Below the pieces are notes generated by a model, which worked only from the letters and a program-made list of their open reading frames with translations, had not been told where the DNA came from and searched no databases. From the IMG/VR virus record IMGVR_UViG_3300036520_000018, positions 4,312-68,311 of that record: 64,000 nucleotides of DNA; one strand, 5' to 3'. The number at the start of each line of letters is the position of its first letter. The stretch's first letter is position 1. Of this stretch, positions 63,260-64,000 are shown one piece after another. Made by a program: the position numbers and the translations under genes. The DNA comes from a virus. Lineage: Duplodnaviria; Caudoviricetes.

Positions 63260-63570
63260 TGTCCATGACCCCAAGCCGCCGGACGGTCGAGTCAGTCACT
63301 GTGGCAGGCGTTGCAGCCGACAACAGGATATTCGTTGTGCGCTGCTCACTATGCCGGCGACTGGACAACTACGCTGCGCGTGACCTGCTGGCAGTCTATG
63401 CCGATACCACGCCGATCCACGGGCTGTTCCGCACATGCAGGCACTGCGGCAAGCCAGAGTGGGTAAGCGTCAAGATAAGGCTGCCCAACTTCGACGACGT
63501 CGGGCACTTGAAGGTGCTGCGGCCTGTGAGGAAGAGCGTGGTAGCTTGGGAGGAGGGTTGGTTTGGGTAG
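63259..63570 (+). CDS. Zinc-binding hypothetical protein
   Basis: CSLC and CRHC. Confidence 0.6.
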   Translation: MSMTPSRRTVESVTVAGVAADNRIFVVRCSLCRRLDNYAARDLLAVYADTTPIHGLFRTCRHCGKPEWVSVKIRLPNFDDVGHLKVLRPVRKSVVAWEEGWFG

Positions 63571-63579
63571 CGGTGCCCG

Positions 63580-63783
63580 CTACCCTTTCTTAGCCGTGTA
63601 GCGGGCGTTGTTCGCCTCAAGCCAGGCGATCGCTTCTTCCTCAGTTGGGATGCGCCCCATTGGGCTAGCCTGGCGCTTCTTGCGTGCTGCGAGCATCGCA
63701 GTCTGGGCTGCCGTCATAGGTACATGCAGGTTGGGGTTCACCCGCTTCAGCTTGGCGGTTGGCTTGGGGAGGGGAGCCATCAT
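63580..63783 (-). CDS. Hypothetical protein
   Basis: 67 aa, coupled to the upstream small ORF. Confidence 0.55.
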   Translation of the reverse strand: MMAPLPKPTAKLKRVNPNLHVPMTAAQTAMLAARKKRQASPMGRIPTEEEAIAWLEANNARYTAKKG

Positions 63784-63896
63784 CCCACCCTCAGCATGTA
63801 ACCACCCTCAACGGGTACGATGCAGACAATCGCGTCGAGCTTCCTTGCCAGTTCGCCACGAGCTCGCTTCGCGTCTTCAAAGCTGGTGTAGATCAC
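63780..63896 (-). CDS. Small hypothetical protein (38 aa)
   Basis: GTGA and ATGA overlaps; MIYTSFEDAKRARGELARKL... Confidence 0.5.
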   Translation of the reverse strand: MIYTSFEDAKRARGELARKLDAIVCIVPVEGGYMLRVG

Positions 63897-64000
63897 AGAT
63901 GTACTCCCGTCCGAGATGCGCGGAGAGCAAGTTCAACCAGCACTGCAAGAAGCACTGCTGCACTCACTGCGTTGATGATCAGAATTGTTGCGATGCACAT
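63893..64000 (-). CDS. Small membrane protein, possibly truncated at the window edge
   Basis: Hydrophobic ILIINAVSAAVLLAVLVELAL. Confidence 0.35.
   Translation of the reverse strand: MCIATILIINAVSAAVLLAVLVELALRASRTGVHL

Overview
The whole window is one near-complete temperate-type alphaproteobacterial myophage genome, probably from a Rhizobiales host (inferred from the GcrA homologue, CtrA boxes and S-layer-like DUF4214 proteins). Gene order: leftward accessory genes and a CI-like repressor (1-2.7 kb); recombination and replication genes (Sak4-like ATPase, DUF669 SSB, beta clamp, ThyX, exonuclease, helicase, GcrA, MT-A70 methylase, HNH, primase-polymerase, VRR-NUC, family B polymerase; 3-18 kb); an accessory island and a repeat-rich putative origin (18-22 kb); a candidate structured ncRNA (23.7-24.2 kb); a lambda-like head and P2-like contractile tail (24.9-52 kb) interrupted by a DUF4214 protease, an HNH gene and a 1171-aa RTX adhesin; lysis genes (52.6-54.6 kb); nucleotide metabolism including class II RNR (54.7-60.8 kb); small accessory genes to the end. 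No integrase or partition genes are in the window. The strongest unexplained signal is the tetrapeptide ANDN, the start of the alphaproteobacterial SsrA (tmRNA) degradation tag. It occurs 11 times with varied codons in 8 non-structural proteins, and 11 proteins end in C-terminal AA. Other highlights are a dispersed ATGCG-N5-ATGCG motif at 7 intergenic sites, CtrA and DnaA boxes, and two densely structured RNA candidates. All family calls are from motif recognition by eye; no database search was run.
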